Below, in pieces: positions 18,047 to 26,505 of a stretch of 52,117 bases of DNA. The stretch covers positions 1 through 52,117 of the forward strand of contig CALCVH010000063.1 of the NCBI GenBank assembly GCA_937907585.1, read 5' to 3'. This DNA comes from an uncultured Bacillota bacterium (GTDB taxonomy: Bacteria > Bacillota_I > Bacilli_A > Izemoplasmatales > UBA1188). How positions within the stretch are numbered: position 1 is the stretch's first letter; each line of letters opens with the position of its first letter. The notes beneath the pieces are model-generated. The model saw only the letters and a program-made list of their open reading frames with translations. It had not been told where the DNA came from and ran no database searches. The position numbers and the translations under genes were made by a program.

Positions 18047-19996
18047 ATGAAATATAGTAGTAAAGATCTTAAAACTGAAGAAAAGTTTAGAATAATCATT
18101 GGCGAAGAAGCTAAAACTGGATACATTGATGAAAAAATAGATGGAATAATATTAAGAGATGGACCATGTGGAGTTAGAAATATTGAAAAAGATGAAAAAG
18201 GTAATATTAAGCCAACTAGTACATATCCAAGTCCATCTGTTTTATCTAATACATGGAATAGAAAACTCGCTTATCTAGAAGGTGAATCAATAGGTAATGA
18301 CGCAATTGAAAACAATGTTGATATATTGTTTGGTCCTGGTGTAAACATCAAAAGAACTCCTTTATGTGGCAGGAACTTTGAATATTTTAGTGAAGATCCG
18401 TATTTAGCTGGATTAATGTCTAAAGAATATATTAAAGGACTTCAAAAAAAGGGAATAGGAGCTTGTCTAAAACATTTTGCGTTAAACAATAGAGAACATT
18501 ATCGTTTAGTATCTTCAAGCGAATGCGATAAAAGAACTTTAATGGAAATATACGCAAGACAATTTGAAATAGCGCTTGAAGCTAAGCCATACGTCGTTAT
18601 GTGTTCATATAATCAAGTTAATGGTGTTTATGCATCAGAAAATAAACCTCTTTTAGATATATTAAGAAAAAAGTTTAATTATAAAGGCGTTATAATGTCT
18701 GACTTTGGAGCGGTTCAATCAATTTACCGTTCATTAAACGCTGGTATAGAATTAATAATGCCTAGAATGGAAAAGTACGATAAATGGATTATAGAAGACT
18801 ATAATAATCATAAAATATCTGATGAAGTATTAAATAGATCGGTCGATAAGATATTAAAGTTAGAAGAAAAGTGTAAGAGTTTTAATAAGAAGATTAATTA
18901 TACTAAAGAAGAAAGACATAATAACGCAGTAAAGATTTCATTAGAAGGAATAGTATTATTAAAGAATGATAATAATATACTTCCACTTAAAAGAAAAGAT
19001 AAAGTGTTATTTGTTGGTGATGCAGTAAGAACTCCAACAATCAATGGTGGTGGCTCTGCCTTATGCGAGACTAGTTATAAAGAAAAAGATTTAGAAAAAC
19101 TATTTAAAAATAAAGTATGTGATTATAGTTTAGATGGAAGTGATGTTGATTTATCTAAATATGATAAGGTAGTAGTACTTATAAATGATGTAGTCGCTAA
19201 AGAAGGAGAAGATAGAAAGAGTATCACTCTTCCTAAAAAATCTTTAGATTTAATAAATGATATCACTTCAAGACATAATAATGTAATTCTAGGTGTTTAT
19301 GCTGGATCAATAGTTGATTTTACTAATATAGATGATAAGGTAAAAGGATTATTATTTATTGGTTATCCTGGTGAAGGCTGTAATGAATCATTATATAAAA
19401 TTTTATCAGGTAAAGTATCACCAAGCGGTAAATTATCAGAAACAATTCCTATGAATATAGATGATACGTATACAAAGCTTGATGAAGGTAATGGATATGT
19501 AGAAGACTATACTGATAGAATATTTGTAGGATATAGATATTATGATAAATATAATAAAAAGGTAAGATATCCATTCGGATATGGATTATCTTACGCTACA
19601 TTCAAATATTCTAATTTAAATATTATAAAAGAAGATAATGGAAATATTATAATCTCATATAATATTGAAAATACATCAGATATTGACGCAAAAGAAGTAT
19701 CAGAAGTATATGTTAAAGATTTAATATCTACAGTAATAAGGCCAGAAAGAGAATTAAAAAACTTTAGTAAAGATTTAATTAAAGCTCATGAGATTAAATT
19801 AATTACTTTAACATTAACTCCAAGAGATTTTATGTTTTATAGCGTTATAAAAGATGATTGGTATTTAGAAAGCGGAGAATTTGAAATAAGTATTGGTTCT
19901 TCATCTAGAGATATTAAATTATCAAAAATAATAAATATTGAAAAGGAAGATGAATATACCAAAGAATCTACTATTTTTGATAGGCCAAAGGAATAA
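18047..19996 (+). CDS. glycoside hydrolase family 3 (beta-glucosidase/beta-xylosidase-like)
   Basis: Start trimmed to ATG 18047 (AAAGGAG upstream). Motifs 'GRNFEYFSEDPYL', 'KHFALNN' and 'SDFGAV', plus a C-terminal fibronectin-like domain. No signal peptide. Confidence 0.9.
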   Translation: MKYSSKDLKTEEKFRIIIGEEAKTGYIDEKIDGIILRDGPCGVRNIEKDEKGNIKPTSTYPSPSVLSNTWNRKLAYLEGESIGNDAIENNVDILFGPGVNIKRTPLCGRNFEYFSEDPYLAGLMSKEYIKGLQKKGIGACLKHFALNNREHYRLVSSSECDKRTLMEIYARQFEIALEAKPYVVMCSYNQVNGVYASENKPLLDILRKKFNYKGVIMSDFGAVQSIYRSLNAGIELIMPRMEKYDKWIIEDYNNHKISDEVLNRSVDKILKLEEKCKSFNKKINYTKEERHNNAVKISLEGIVLLKNDNNILPLKRKDKVLFVGDAVRTPTINGGGSALCETSYKEKDLEKLFKNKVCDYSLDGSDVDLSKYDKVVVLINDVVAKEGEDRKSITLPKKSLDLINDITSRHNNVILGVYAGSIVDFTNIDDKVKGLLFIGYPGEGCNESLYKILSGKVSPSGKLSETIPMNIDDTYTKLDEGNGYVEDYTDRIFVGYRYYDKYNKKVRYPFGYGLSYATFKYSNLNIIKEDNGNIIISYNIENTSDIDAKEVSEVYVKDLISTVIRPERELKNFSKDLIKAHEIKLITLTLTPRDFMFYSVIKDDWYLESGEFEISIGSSSRDIKLSKIINIEKEDEYTKESTIFDRPKE

Positions 19997-20000
19997 TAAA

Positions 20001-20888
20001 GTGAAAAGAGAAGATTTGAGGATTAGAGATCCTTTTATAGTTAGAAAAGATAATAAATATTATATGTATAGAGCGGTTAATGATGAATCGCCTGAACGAA
20101 TTGATGTATATGAAAGTGATGATTTAGATAATTGGTATAATCCAAGAACCATATATACATTAACAAATGACACTTGGAAAGAAAAAGACTTATGGGCACC
20201 AGAAGTTCATGAATATCATAATAAATACTATTTATTTGTATCTATAAAAGGAAAGAATGGAATAAGAGGAACTGAAATTTCAGTATGTGACACGCCATAT
20301 GGCACATTTGTGCCTATCGCTAATAGAGCTCAAACTCCATCCAATATGAGTTCAATTGATGGAACATTCTTTTTAGATAATGATACTCCATATATTATTT
20401 TTTCTAGGGATTGGCCAGATAATTACCAAAAAGAAAAGAATGCATATGTCGGTCAAATATGCGGTCAAGAGTTAAGTAAAGACCTAAAGACTTTAGTAGG
20501 CGAACCATTCTTACTTTTTAATTCTGATGATGTTTTATATTCTAAAAAGTCTCCATCACGTCATATGTTTGAAGACTTAGGATTCATCACAAGATATGGA
20601 TCAGATGCGCCATTCATTAATAAACTTTCAAATGGAAAACTATTCTTAACTTGGTGTCCTTTCCCTAACAACAATTATGTAGTGTTAGGAGCTAAAGCCG
20701 ATAATATAAGAGGACCATGGACGCATATAGAAAAACCATTATTTGATAAAAATGGTGGTCACGCCATGTTTTTTACAACTACCGATGGTAAAATGAAAAT
20801 GGTAATCCACTATCCTGAAGAACATCTAAAAGAAAGAGCGCTTATACTAAATGCTATAGAAAAGGACGATCAATTGATTGTAGAATAA
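20001..20888 (+). CDS. glycoside hydrolase family 43 protein
   Basis: 'IRDPFIV', 'LWAPEVHEYHNKYYLF' and 'IDGTFFLD' blocks. GTG 20001 is preferred (AAGGA 8 nt upstream, 4 nt after the GH3 stop). The ORF track alternative is ATG 19938. Confidence 0.85.
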   Translation: MKREDLRIRDPFIVRKDNKYYMYRAVNDESPERIDVYESDDLDNWYNPRTIYTLTNDTWKEKDLWAPEVHEYHNKYYLFVSIKGKNGIRGTEISVCDTPYGTFVPIANRAQTPSNMSSIDGTFFLDNDTPYIIFSRDWPDNYQKEKNAYVGQICGQELSKDLKTLVGEPFLLFNSDDVLYSKKSPSRHMFEDLGFITRYGSDAPFINKLSNGKLFLTWCPFPNNNYVVLGAKADNIRGPWTHIEKPLFDKNGGHAMFFTTTDGKMKMVIHYPEEHLKERALILNAIEKDDQLIVE

Positions 20889-20899
20889 CTATAATTATC

Positions 20900-21012
20900 T
20901 TGAAAAAGGTTACAAATTGGGATTCAAAACATTGAAAAAGGTTACAAAACAGTCAAAAAAATGTTGAAAAAGGTTACAAAAGGCAGTAAAAAACCTTGAA
21001 AAAGGTAACAGA
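20900..21012 (+). repeat. four direct 17-bp repeats at an exact 32-bp period
   Basis: TTGAAAAAGGTTACAAA at 20900, 20932 and 20964. TTGAAAAAGGTAACAGA at 20996. Spacers are 15 nt and unrelated to each other. Confidence 0.9.
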
Positions 21013-21024
21013 AGTATATATAAT
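20996..21024 (+). promoter_or_regulatory. promoter of the first DUF4143 ATPase gene, with its -35 inside repeat 4
   Basis: TTGAAA (20996-21001), 17-nt spacer, TATAAT (21019-21024), 20 nt before ATG 21045. Confidence 0.7.
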
Positions 21025-21044
21025 ATGGTTGGAGATGATTATAT

Positions 21045-22400
21045 ATGCTGTGGAGAAAAAGACAAAAAGACATTATAGATTGGATAGATAATGGAAAAGA
21101 TGCACTGCTTGTTACTGGTGCTAGACAAATAGGTAAAACATATTTAATAGAAGAAACATTAAAGGAAACAAATGCTGATTATGTTACTTTTAATTTGATT
21201 AATCAACCTGAAATAGTAAAAATATTTGATTCAATCAATTCTTTTAATATTGATGTTTTTTTAGAACGTCTAACAATCGCTACAGCGCATAACTTAATTA
21301 AAGGTAAAACTATTATATTTTTTGATGAAATACAGGAATGTAAAGATATAGTTACTAAGATTAAGTTTTTAGTTCAAGAAGGTTCTTATAGATATGTTTT
21401 ATCTGGTTCTCTTCTTGGCGTCGAATTAACTGGTTTAAAATCTGCTCCTGTAGGATATTTAAGAAGCATTGAAATGTATCCTATGGATTTTTATGAATTC
21501 ACAAAAGCTTTAAATATTAAAGATAGTACCTTAAAAATCTTAGAAGATGCATTTAATGATGAACATGAAGTAGATGAGTTTATTCATAATAGAATGATTG
21601 AAGCTTTTAAAACTTATTTACTTGTTGGTGGAATGCCAGAAGCGGTAGTATCATATGTTGAAAATGGAGACTATAATAAAATATTAGGAATACACAATAA
21701 AATAATAGAACAATATAAAGTTGATTTTACAAAATATGAAATAGAAAAACGGTTGACACTTATAAAAACATATGAATTAATACCATCTGAATTATCAGAT
21801 AAAAATAAAAGGTACATAATATCTGATATTAATGAGGATGCTAAATTCGATAGATATGAAAATAGCTTTAATTGGTTAATAGATGCTGGAGTAGCTATTC
21901 CAACATATAATGTTAGTGAGCCTAGATTACCAATTGAACTAAATAAGAAGAGTAACTTATTTAAATTGTTTTTATCTGATATTGGCCTTTTAACTAGTTT
22001 GTATGGAAAAACGACTCAGCTTGCGATAATGAATAATGATAAATCATTAAATGCAGGTGCGATTTATGAAAATGTTGTTGCACAAGAATTAAATAGTCAC
22101 GGATATAAATGTTACTATTTTAACAGTCATAAACAAGGAGAAGTTGATTTTTTAATAGAATATAGAGATAAAATCCTACCAATTGAAGTAAAAAGTGGTA
22201 AGGATTATTTGAAACATAATGCGCTTAATAATATTCTAGATAATAGAGATTATGGTATAGAAAAAGCGTTTGTATTATCAAACGCAAATGTTTTAAAGAA
22301 AGATAAAATAATATATTATCCTGTATATATGTTAATGTTCATAGATAAGAACAATGAAGAGAATCCACCACTTAAAATATTAGATTTATCTACTTTATAG
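21045..22400 (+). CDS. AAA+ ATPase with C-terminal DUF4143 (PD-(D/E)xK-like) domain, COG1373-type
   Basis: Walker A 'GARQIGKT', Walker B 'IIFFDEIQ', C-terminal 'GEVDFLIE...LPIEVKSGKD'. Confidence 0.85.
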   Translation: MLWRKRQKDIIDWIDNGKDALLVTGARQIGKTYLIEETLKETNADYVTFNLINQPEIVKIFDSINSFNIDVFLERLTIATAHNLIKGKTIIFFDEIQECKDIVTKIKFLVQEGSYRYVLSGSLLGVELTGLKSAPVGYLRSIEMYPMDFYEFTKALNIKDSTLKILEDAFNDEHEVDEFIHNRMIEAFKTYLLVGGMPEAVVSYVENGDYNKILGIHNKIIEQYKVDFTKYEIEKRLTLIKTYELIPSELSDKNKRYIISDINEDAKFDRYENSFNWLIDAGVAIPTYNVSEPRLPIELNKKSNLFKLFLSDIGLLTSLYGKTTQLAIMNNDKSLNAGAIYENVVAQELNSHGYKCYYFNSHKQGEVDFLIEYRDKILPIEVKSGKDYLKHNALNNILDNRDYGIEKAFVLSNANVLKKDKIIYYPVYMLMFIDKNNEENPPLKILDLSTL

Positions 22401-22723
22401 GATAATGAAATATTTTATCACTTAAATAATGTATCAGACTCAATTATAGAATTAAATTCATCAGAATATGCATTCCTAGTTACAGATGGTGAAACAATTA
22501 GAGTCGGAATTATTGAATGTTTGGTTTTTGTTATAATTTGGAGATCACTACGTTTGATTTCCATTTTTTAACAAAGCTCCATTTAATATTTTTCATTCAT
22601 TATCTCTTCCGATCAACATATAACCACCTAGAATCGTGGCGAAATGTGCTAAAAAAACATAGATTTCGCCAGCATTCTCGATATTCTTAGTCTAGTTTTG
22701 ATATTAGAATTCCGTCTTGACAA

Positions 22724-22757
22724 TAAAAAAATCTTATCAAAACTATGATGATAAGAT
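22724..22757 (-). terminator. intrinsic terminator of the XRE regulator gene
   Basis: ATCTTATCA (22731-22739) / TGATAAGAT (22749-22757), a 9-bp perfect stem. On the minus strand it is followed by a T-run (22725-22730). Confidence 0.7.
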
Positions 22758-22818
22758 AAAGTGGATTTATTTAAAAATAAGATGACAATATATCTATAAT
22801 TCGTTAAATACTTAATAA

Positions 22819-23316
22819 TTACTTAATAAGATCTTTTATTTTATTTAAGAGTTCAACACTCAGTATTATGTCTTGATTCTTTATACTGTTAATCTTATCA
22901 ATAGAAACTGACTTTTCATTAAACAACATATCGAATTGAGAAAAAGAATATAGTTCATTCATGAATTCTATTATATTAGTATCATCTTTAAGATTTAAGT
23001 ATTTATTGATATTAATACATCTTTTATTATCTTGGTTATAATATATATAATCTTTTAATTTAACGAAATTACTATTAGTTAATGAAAGAGAGTAATTAGC
23101 ATTTTCATATAAACAATAAATATATTTATCATAACCGCAAAGATAATCTAAGCTTACTTCAAAAAAAGAAGCAAGCTTTTTTAACATTTCAATGTTAGGC
23201 TCTCTTTTATCTGTTTCATAGCATGCGATTGTAGAATAATTAATTCCTATAAATCCAGCTAATTCTCTGAGCGTTAATTTTCTTTCTTTTCTTAATTCAT
23301 TAATTCTATTTTTCAA
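22819..23316 (-). CDS. XRE family HTH transcriptional regulator with C-terminal extension
   Basis: 'LRKERKLTLRELAGFIGINYSTIACYETDKREPNIEMLKKLASFFEVSLDYL' is a classic Cro/C1 HTH. Confidence 0.9.
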   Translation of the reverse strand: MKNRINELRKERKLTLRELAGFIGINYSTIACYETDKREPNIEMLKKLASFFEVSLDYLCGYDKYIYCLYENANYSLSLTNSNFVKLKDYIYYNQDNKRCININKYLNLKDDTNIIEFMNELYSFSQFDMLFNEKSVSIDKINSIKNQDIILSVELLNKIKDLIK

Positions 23317-23372
23317 AATATCACCAACTTTATTATAACAAATGAATACGTTTTTTGAAAATAATATAAAAA

Positions 23373-23426
23373 ATTGTTGACATTATGCAAAATATTTATA
23401 TATAATATTGTTGACATAATGCAAAA
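23373..23426 (+). promoter_or_regulatory. duplicated 20-bp operator-like box plus promoter in the divergent intergenic region
   Basis: ATTGTTGACATTATGCAAAA (23373-23392) and ATTGTTGACATAATGCAAAA (23407-23426). TTGACA 23377-23382, 18-nt spacer, TATAAT 23401-23406. Confidence 0.65.
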
Positions 23427-23441
23427 AAGGAAGTAATAATT

Positions 23442-24026
23442 ATGAGCTATAAAAGTTACAAAGACTTTATTGAAGATCCAGGAAAGGTATATTTTTTAAA
23501 AAGAAAAGCATCTTTTGGAAATATAATAGACTTTGAGAAAAAAGGAAATAGAGTGGTTTTTTATTTGGGATACAAAGATGATGAATGGGGGTGGACAAAT
23601 AAAAATTACAAAGATCAAACAGGCAAAACGCCTGATTGGTTAAAACCAAGTGATGATTATTATGGTGATGATTGGGATGATGCATCATACGAACACAACG
23701 CTGGAAGAGTTTATGATGAATTCATTCAAACAGTAAGAATATATTATTATGATACAGATTGGAAGATAATTGAGCCATGCGATGGAGAAATAAATTCAAA
23801 ATATTCTAAAGAAGATTTTAAGAATGGAAAAGTACCTTGTATTATTATAATAAGAGATGAACTAGCCCAAAAATTCGATAATGAATATAGATTTTCATTT
23901 TGGTGGGATTATATTAACAATAATGAAGGCGATTACGATTATCAAAACGTAGAATGCTTTTACTTTGGCGATATTTTAATTAATGGTATAACTCTAGAAA
24001 GCAAAGAATTTGGCGGCACGTTCTAA
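23442..24026 (+). CDS. hypothetical protein, acidic and Trp/Tyr-rich, no recognised family
   Basis: 194-aa ORF with an AAGGAAG RBS, divergent from the XRE gene. No TM segment or signal peptide. Confidence 0.6.
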   Translation: MSYKSYKDFIEDPGKVYFLKRKASFGNIIDFEKKGNRVVFYLGYKDDEWGWTNKNYKDQTGKTPDWLKPSDDYYGDDWDDASYEHNAGRVYDEFIQTVRIYYYDTDWKIIEPCDGEINSKYSKEDFKNGKVPCIIIIRDELAQKFDNEYRFSFWWDYINNNEGDYDYQNVECFYFGDILINGITLESKEFGGTF

Positions 24027-24100
24027 ATATCGTCTTTTAAGATTCAAAATTATCAATTCTTGTATTAATAAAGAAATATTACAGAAAGATTATAAATATA

Positions 24101-24191
24101 TCTATACTTTAATTATACCAATGGTATAAATAAAACTTGACACCCATAAAATATTTATCTATACTTTAATTATACTAGTGGTATAAATAAA
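24101..24191 (+). promoter_or_regulatory. two 34-bp direct repeats, each with a TATAC-N5-GTATA palindrome, flanking or overlapping a promoter
   Basis: Repeat copies at 24101-24134 and 24158-24191. Palindromes TATACCAATGGTATA (24114-24128) and TATACTAGTGGTATA (24171-24185). TTGACA 24137-24142, 17-nt spacer, TATACT 24160-24165. Confidence 0.7.
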
Positions 24192-24205
24192 CTGGAGGTA
24201 AGCAA

Positions 24206-25561
24206 ATGGTGAATGTTAAAGAGTCGATAATTGAAGCAATAAAAATGCCTCATGAAGTTGAATGGATTGAATTTAAATCAAATTATTGGAATCCAAAAGA
24301 AATAGGAGAATATATTTCTGCATTGAGCAATTCTGCAGCAATACATGGAAAGTCATATGGATTATTGATTTGGGGTGTTGATAATGAAAATCATCAGATT
24401 GTTGGAACAACTATAGATTTTCAACAAGATGTTAATAACGAACCATTCCAACATTATTTAGCAAGACAATTGAATCCTAGCATTAACTTTGCTTTTTATG
24501 AAGAATATATTGGCACTAAAAGAGTTGTTTTACTTAGCATTCCGTCTGCAAAAAGTGTTCCTACCGAATTTAATAAAGAACGTTTTATTAGAATTGGATC
24601 AAGCAAGGAAAACTTAAGAAAATATCCACAAAGAGAAGCTAATCTATGGAATATTTTATCTAATGGCCTTCCTTCAATAACAAATGTAGATTCAGAAAGA
24701 CAGGATTTAACATTTGAAAAGTTGTTTCTATATTATGCTGCTAAAAATATAAAAATAGATTTAAATACTTTTAAAAAGAATTTAAATTTAATAAATGAAA
24801 AAACTGGAAATTATAATCTATTAGCTTTGCTATTAGCAGATGATAATGCAATAAGTTGTAGGATTTCTATGTTTAATGGTGAAAAAAAGTATCAAGGTTT
24901 AAAATCTGTTAAAGAGTTTGGAAATACTTGTATATTATACGCATTAGACGGAATTGCAAACTATGGAAAAGATGTTTTAAATTCAGTAATCTCAAGTGAG
25001 GAGAATAGAACACTAGAAAGAATAGATACATATTTATTTGACAACGATGCATTTAGAGAAGCTATTATCAATTCTTTTGTTCATAATAATTGGCAAAGAT
25101 TAAATTCTCCACAGATATCAGTTTTTTCAGATAGAATTGAAATATTATCTCATGGTATCTTAGGGCCTGATCAAACATTGGAAGGATTTTATAATGGTGA
25201 AAGCAAGCCTGTTAATCCAGCTCTTGCGCATATTTTTATGCAGCTAGGCATTTCAGATCGTTCAGGAAAAGGTGTTCCTACAATAGTAGAAAAATATGGG
25301 AGAGACTGCTTTACTTTTGGAGATGATTCAATAACTATAACTATACCATTTAAAATAGCAAATAAAATTGCAAGAAATAAAAAAGATAGAATTATAGATG
25401 AAATGAGAATCGATTCAAACGTTACTGCGCAAGATTTATCAAAAAAACTAAATATCAGTATTCCAATGATAAATAAACTAATCAGAGAGCTAAAAGCTTC
25501 AAATAAACTGGAAAGAATAGGATCAAATAAAACTGGAAGCTGGAAAATACTATATAAGTAA
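24206..25561 (+). CDS. AlbA_2/Schlafen-type divergent-AAA domain protein with C-terminal HTH (often annotated as a RecG-like putative DNA-binding or ATP-binding protein)
   Basis: N-terminal 'EVEWIEFKSNYWNPKEIGEYISALSNSAAIHGKSYGLLIWGVD' is AlbA_2-like. The C-terminus 'TAQDLSKKLNISIPMINKLIRELKASNKLERIG' is a winged HTH. Confidence 0.75.
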   Translation: MVNVKESIIEAIKMPHEVEWIEFKSNYWNPKEIGEYISALSNSAAIHGKSYGLLIWGVDNENHQIVGTTIDFQQDVNNEPFQHYLARQLNPSINFAFYEEYIGTKRVVLLSIPSAKSVPTEFNKERFIRIGSSKENLRKYPQREANLWNILSNGLPSITNVDSERQDLTFEKLFLYYAAKNIKIDLNTFKKNLNLINEKTGNYNLLALLLADDNAISCRISMFNGEKKYQGLKSVKEFGNTCILYALDGIANYGKDVLNSVISSEENRTLERIDTYLFDNDAFREAIINSFVHNNWQRLNSPQISVFSDRIEILSHGILGPDQTLEGFYNGESKPVNPALAHIFMQLGISDRSGKGVPTIVEKYGRDCFTFGDDSITITIPFKIANKIARNKKDRIIDEMRIDSNVTAQDLSKKLNISIPMINKLIRELKASNKLERIGSNKTGSWKILYK

Positions 25562-25714
25562 TAAAAAATAATCAGAATTAAATAAATGAGTTAAATAATA
25601 AAAGAAATAAATATTTATCATTAACGTAAATATAACGCCTTATTATAGTATATAGATTGAAAAAATATTATATATGATGTATCATTTGAATGAGCTAAAG
25701 CTCAAAATCTGGAG

Positions 25715-26332
25715 ATGCCCCTCCCTAAGCGTGGCAGTTGTAAAAATAGGGCTGAAAAGCCCTTTTCTTTTTGGAGGTTTTATGCTAAACAAATAGTCGC
25801 AGCTCGTTTTGGAAGAAGGCGAGGCGATAGAATGCAGTATATCGATGGACTTATAGATTTATTACAACATCTCGATAATGAGAATATTGTAGATCCTGTT
25901 GTAATACATACTGATCAAGGAAGTGTCTATTCATCTTTAGCTTATAATGAACTGATAAAAGATAGAAATATTAACCGTTCCATGTCTAGACCCGGAAAGC
26001 CAACCGACAATCCTGTTAATGAATCACTAAATGGATGGATAAAGGAAGAATTATTTATTGATTTTAAAATGTCTGAGTCGGAGAATCCAGAAGAATTAGT
26101 AAAAAGATATATTAAGTACTATAATTCAATGAGACCTAGTTGGGCACTTAATTATGATATTCCAGATTTGTATTATCAAAAATACATGAATAATGAAATC
26201 GAGCATAAAAATACTTTTGAGAATAGAGTACTTACAGAAGTGCCTAAATATGTCTTAAGAAAAATGTCTACTTCTATAAATGAAAATGAAACAAAAAATT
26301 CAAATATGAATACTTTTAAAAATGATAATTAA
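25715..26332 (+). pseudogene. 5'-truncated IS3-family transposase (DDE/rve core, C-terminal third only)
   Basis: 'VVIHTDQGSVYSS', 'SMSRPGKPTDNPVNESLNGWIKEEL' and 'YIKYYNSMRP' match the IS3 OrfB C-terminal region. Family similarity starts near 25830. The first ~40 codons of the ORF are unrelated sequence. No orfA or catalytic N-terminal part. Confidence 0.8.
25749..25772 (+). terminator. terminator-like hairpin inside a GC-richer orphan segment
   Basis: GGGCT (25749-25753) / AGCCC (25758-25762) followed by TTTTCTTTTT. Confidence 0.4.
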
Positions 26333-26395
26333 AAGAAAAAAACTTTTTGTGTCTACTTTTCTTGACAAGTGCAAATCAGTACAAAGTGAAATACA

Positions 26396-26494
26396 ATTCG
26401 TTTAAAAAAAGTGCGTTATTGTCTTAATATTCGTTTAAAAAAAGTGCATAATTTGATTGATATTCGTTTGAAAAAAGTGTAAAATGCATATAGG
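26396..26494 (+). repeat. three tandem 33-bp units upstream of the second DUF4143 ATPase gene
   Basis: Units start at 26396, 26429 and 26462. Each begins ATTCGTTT(A/G)AAAAAAGTG. Unit tails diverge. Unit 3 runs into the RBS. Confidence 0.9.
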
Positions 26495-26505
26495 AGAAGG
26501 ATTAT

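Noticed and set aside
17980-18126. N-terminal extensions of ORF-track models
   Set aside because: Internal ATG or GTG codons with good RBS spacing give starts that abut the upstream stop, or that begin typical signal peptides or family N-termini. The extensions overlap neighbours or encode implausible leaders. Affected models are the AraC gene to 18126, GH3 from 17969, SBP from 4800, permease from 7157, GH43 from 19938, DUF4238 from 32325, nrdD from 36672, phosphoesterase from 38332, TetR to 44034, MFS from 44090 and Fic from 46648.
20900-21012. Regularly spaced repeats considered as a mini CRISPR array
   Set aside because: The repeats are only 17 bp with 15-bp spacers and 4 copies. They are AT-rich without CRISPR-like repeat structure, and no cas genes are in the window. 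The last copy doubles as the -35 of a promoter, so a regulatory iteron array fits better.
25715-25830. ATG 25715 as the genuine transposase start
   Set aside because: The first ~40 codons have no resemblance to IS3 OrfB and span hairpin-rich GC-richer DNA. The IS3-like region corresponds only to the last third of a transposase, so this is a fortuitous open frame across a breakpoint.
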